Source of the DNA: Sarea resinae
Taxonomy: Eukaryota
Direction of reading: 5' to 3'
Assembly: GCA_026026165.1 (NCBI GenBank)
Contig: JAPEUD010000024.1
Span: 1 to 64,000, forward strand
Length of the DNA: 64,000 nucleotides
The notes under the pieces: generated by a model
Databases searched by the model: none
What the model was told of the DNA's origin: nothing
Seen by the model: only the letters and a program-made list of their open reading frames with translations
Shown: one piece after another, positions 61,257-64,000 of the stretch
Numbering within the stretch: position 1 is the first letter of the stretch
Layout of the letters: every line of letters starts with the position of its first letter
Made by a program: the position numbers and the translations under genes

Positions 61257-63310
61257 CGATTGATCGATCATGACGGTGACTTTGAAGAATCCTCCATGTC
61301 CTCTACGTCCTCTACCCCATGAACCCCATGGACCCCATGGACCCCCATGTCCTGGATGAAGCATAACAGTCTTTGCTTTCGCTTCAGGCTCGTCAATTTA
61401 GGCGGCATGCAAAGGCGAAGCACACGACTACTGTAGAAGCCCAACTAGGACAACTCGTGCAACGAACATAGCTGGGATGGTTCCCGATCGAACACGCTCA
61501 GGGAAAAGGCACCCATGGACGATTGGACGAAGGCAGTTGTCAGGCTGGTTGATGACGACAGAATCGCGGGATGGATGGGGACCCGGCCACGGATGGGAAT
61601 ATGCGAGACGGACAAGGGATGGGAATGGGGATAAGTTGGAGGCAATGGATCATTCTCTGCATGCTCAGATGCCGTCTCCAAGGACGAAGGTACTCGAAGT
61701 ACATAGTAGGTAAGGCACTCTAGTGAGGTACCTGAGCCGACACTTACTCCTACCTAAGGTAGTATTTAGTGTTGGTGCGATTCCTTATCTTTACAGCTTC
61801 GCCTTACACACACGCTACGATGCGTACGCCGCAGTACAGAAGTATGTAGTACTGTTCGAACAGCCATGGCGCCGATGCTCGGAGCTCTGATCGAGTTCGG
61901 TGAGGGGCGATTGGCCGCACATCGGCCATTTCATTGGCTCATTCCCCTCAAAGATAAGGAACGCTCTACGGCTAACCCGCCAGGGCTAGACGGAGCTTGG
62001 AGCTTGGCCGAAGAAGCCCTTACGACGTAGTGCGCCCATAAGAGCAATCGACTTACCTAATTCCACCCGATGCACGTACTCTGGGCTGTACGGATACTGC
62101 GTGTGGAATCTTCTTTGGATCGCGAAGAACGTCTCCTGCTTCGGGCAATAATCGATTCGACGAAGATGCGAGAAACGAGGCACAAGGCACGAGACAAGAT
62201 CGATTCTCGCTACTCGTGTGAGCATCCCACGCCGTGTGCCAAGCCAACGCCACGACTCCCAACAACACCCTCTCTTCCGGAGTAATTCTACTCTGTTGGT
62301 GGCCGAAGAGCTCTCGTACCTGCTTGCTTGCCATGTCCGCGGACGGGCGTATCCAAGATACACTCGTAGAGTGGAGGGGAGGAGAGTACCGAGAGTCGAG
62401 TACCTTAGCTCTCAGATCTCTTCCCGGTCTCTTCCCGGTGTCCACGTTTCTAGGTCGCCTCTCTGGCCCTTCTAGCCCTTCTAGCCCGTCCTGCCCTTGT
62501 CCTTTTCCCCCAAAGCGGTAGAGAATGAAGGCGACGTCATGCATAAAGGGCAAGACGGCACAGGGTCCCCTGCCTTGCCGTACTACGGAGTACGGAGTAC
62601 GTATTCTAGGGACTGTATTGCTTCAGCTCGTCCTCGTTCTGCCTGATTTGCATTTCCCCCTTCTTGAGTGGGCGGGCCATCCTCTGCTGTGGCTCGCCGG
62701 GCACGACGCCTCACCCAGCCTCATCCGCCGCTAATACGGAGTAGATCACGATCTGCCACCGACCCCATTGCTGTCGTCCGTCTCTTCCGACTGTTGACCG
62801 AGAGAATCATCGTGGGTGTAACGCCCGACGATATCGATGGCGATGATAATGATAAATAGTCACCTATCTATATATCGCAAAGCTACGGAGTACAAGATAC
62901 GACAGATTTGACAGCTGAAACATTCCACTGTCAAGATTATCACTGCAGATCCTCATGAGACCGAAGCCAGGGCTTCGAACAGACTGGCGACTGCATCAAG
63001 CAGCTCCTGTTGTGGTTTAGACCATGTACGAAGTACCCCGTACTCTGTGTACGCTCAGGGACTTCGGGAACTTCCTCACCACACCCTCGTTTGTATCTGG
63101 CTGAAGACGTCGTGTCTGTTCCCTGCCTGACGAAATGGGGTTGCCTGCGTCTTGAGCACAGAGACAGAGAATGACTATCATCGTCAATGAACTTCAGTCA
63201 TGATGAGTGGAAATGCTCTGCTTCCATCAACGCCGGAAATCATGAAGAGGCAACTTCGCTCGCTAACCTACTACAGGTAGCGAAGCGCGATGCCGAACTG
63301 CCGCTGGCCT

Positions 63311-63370
63311 CTTAGAAATCCAAAAAGTTCACTGCCTTAGAAATCAAAAAACAGGACTGTCTTAGAAATC
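63311..63370 (+). promoter_or_regulatory. three CTTAGAAATC boxes with exact 25-nt period upstream of OYE gene
   Basis: Copies at 63311, 63336 and 63361, about 150 nt upstream of ATG 63518. Confidence 0.55.
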
Positions 63371-63517
63371 AGCAGATTCGTCAGGGTTTTTTTTGCTCCA
63401 CCTCCTACGGATGGTTGCCATAAGAGCTTTGAATCAGCTTTTTAGATGAACTCCAAAGCATACTCACTGAATCCTAGATTCTTCTGTTCGAAATTATTTC
63501 ATCGGGCAGTCTCCACC

Positions 63518-64000
63518 ATGTCGGCGCCCAAGAATGAGAGAGCACCGGCTGCTCCGTATTTTACCCCTCTAACCTCACCTCCCACCGGCACCGCTCTCTC
63601 TGCGAACCCGCCCACGCTTTTCAAGCCACTTCAGATCCGCTCCACGACTTTTCAGAATCGGATATGGATTGCGCCAATGTGCCAGTATTCAGCTGAAAAT
63701 GGACATCTCACCGACTATCATCTAGTACACGTGGGCGCCTTCGCCTTACGCGGAGCTTCCCTGACCATTCTAGAGGCCACTGCTGTCCGCCCAGAGGGCC
63801 GCATTACACCCGAAGACTCTGGTCTATGGGCTGACAGCCAGATTGCCCCGATGAAGCGCGTCGCTGATTTCGTCCACTCCCAAGGTCATAAATTGGGCGT
63901 GCAGCTGGCGCACGCCGGACGAAAAGCATCAACGGTTGCTCCGTGGCTTGTACGTCGTGGCGAGGCTCAAGTCGCTACGGCTGACGTGAATGGCTGGCCG
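63518..64000 (+). CDS. NADH:flavin oxidoreductase / Old Yellow Enzyme (YqjM/NamA-like), truncated by window end; absent from the ORF track
   Basis: MSAPKNERAPAAPYFTP...PTLFKPLQIRSTTFQNRIWIAPMCQYSAENGHLTDYHLVHVGAFALRGASLTILEATAVRPEGRITPEDSGLWADSQI...HSQGHKLGVQLAHAGRKAS. Confidence 0.95.
   Translation, partial: MSAPKNERAPAAPYFTPLTSPPTGTALSANPPTLFKPLQIRSTTFQNRIWIAPMCQYSAENGHLTDYHLVHVGAFALRGASLTILEATAVRPEGRITPEDSGLWADSQIAPMKRVADFVHSQGHKLGVQLAHAGRKASTVAPWLVRRGEAQVATADVNGWP

Overview
This is eukaryotic DNA from a filamentous ascomycete (Pezizomycotina-type genes with short GT-AG introns and CTRAY branch sites), and the window probably starts at a contig end (57-nt poly-G). Gene order: decayed relic, Clr5-domain/ankyrin-repeat gene (-), small hypothetical gene, cytochrome P450 (-), conserved Ser/Pro-rich hypothetical gene with a very long leader (+), SnoaL/PEP2-like (+), pol5 (-), cdc25/nimT (+), sld5 (+), GPI-anchored Ser/Ala-rich protein (-), a ~7 kb island of RIP-like decayed genes plus a possible LTR-retroelement relic, the divergent pair fpr4 (-)/utp18 (+), hexokinase (-), CSC1/OSCA channel (+), a microsatellite-dense spacer, a Cys-motif low-complexity ORF (-), an Amt/Mep ammonium transporter (-) and a truncated Old Yellow Enzyme (+). 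The best novelty candidate is a box C/D snoRNA-like element just downstream of utp18 whose two guide segments are both complementary to 5.8S rRNA, preceded by a G-U-rich hairpin. Other candidates are a 1.2-kb ATG-free leader followed by two short uORFs, a strongly enriched intergenic 9-mer (TACGGAGTA), and three 25-nt-phased CTTAGAAATC boxes upstream of the OYE gene. All calls come from reading the sequence and recalling family motifs; no searches were run, and exon boundaries are manual estimates.
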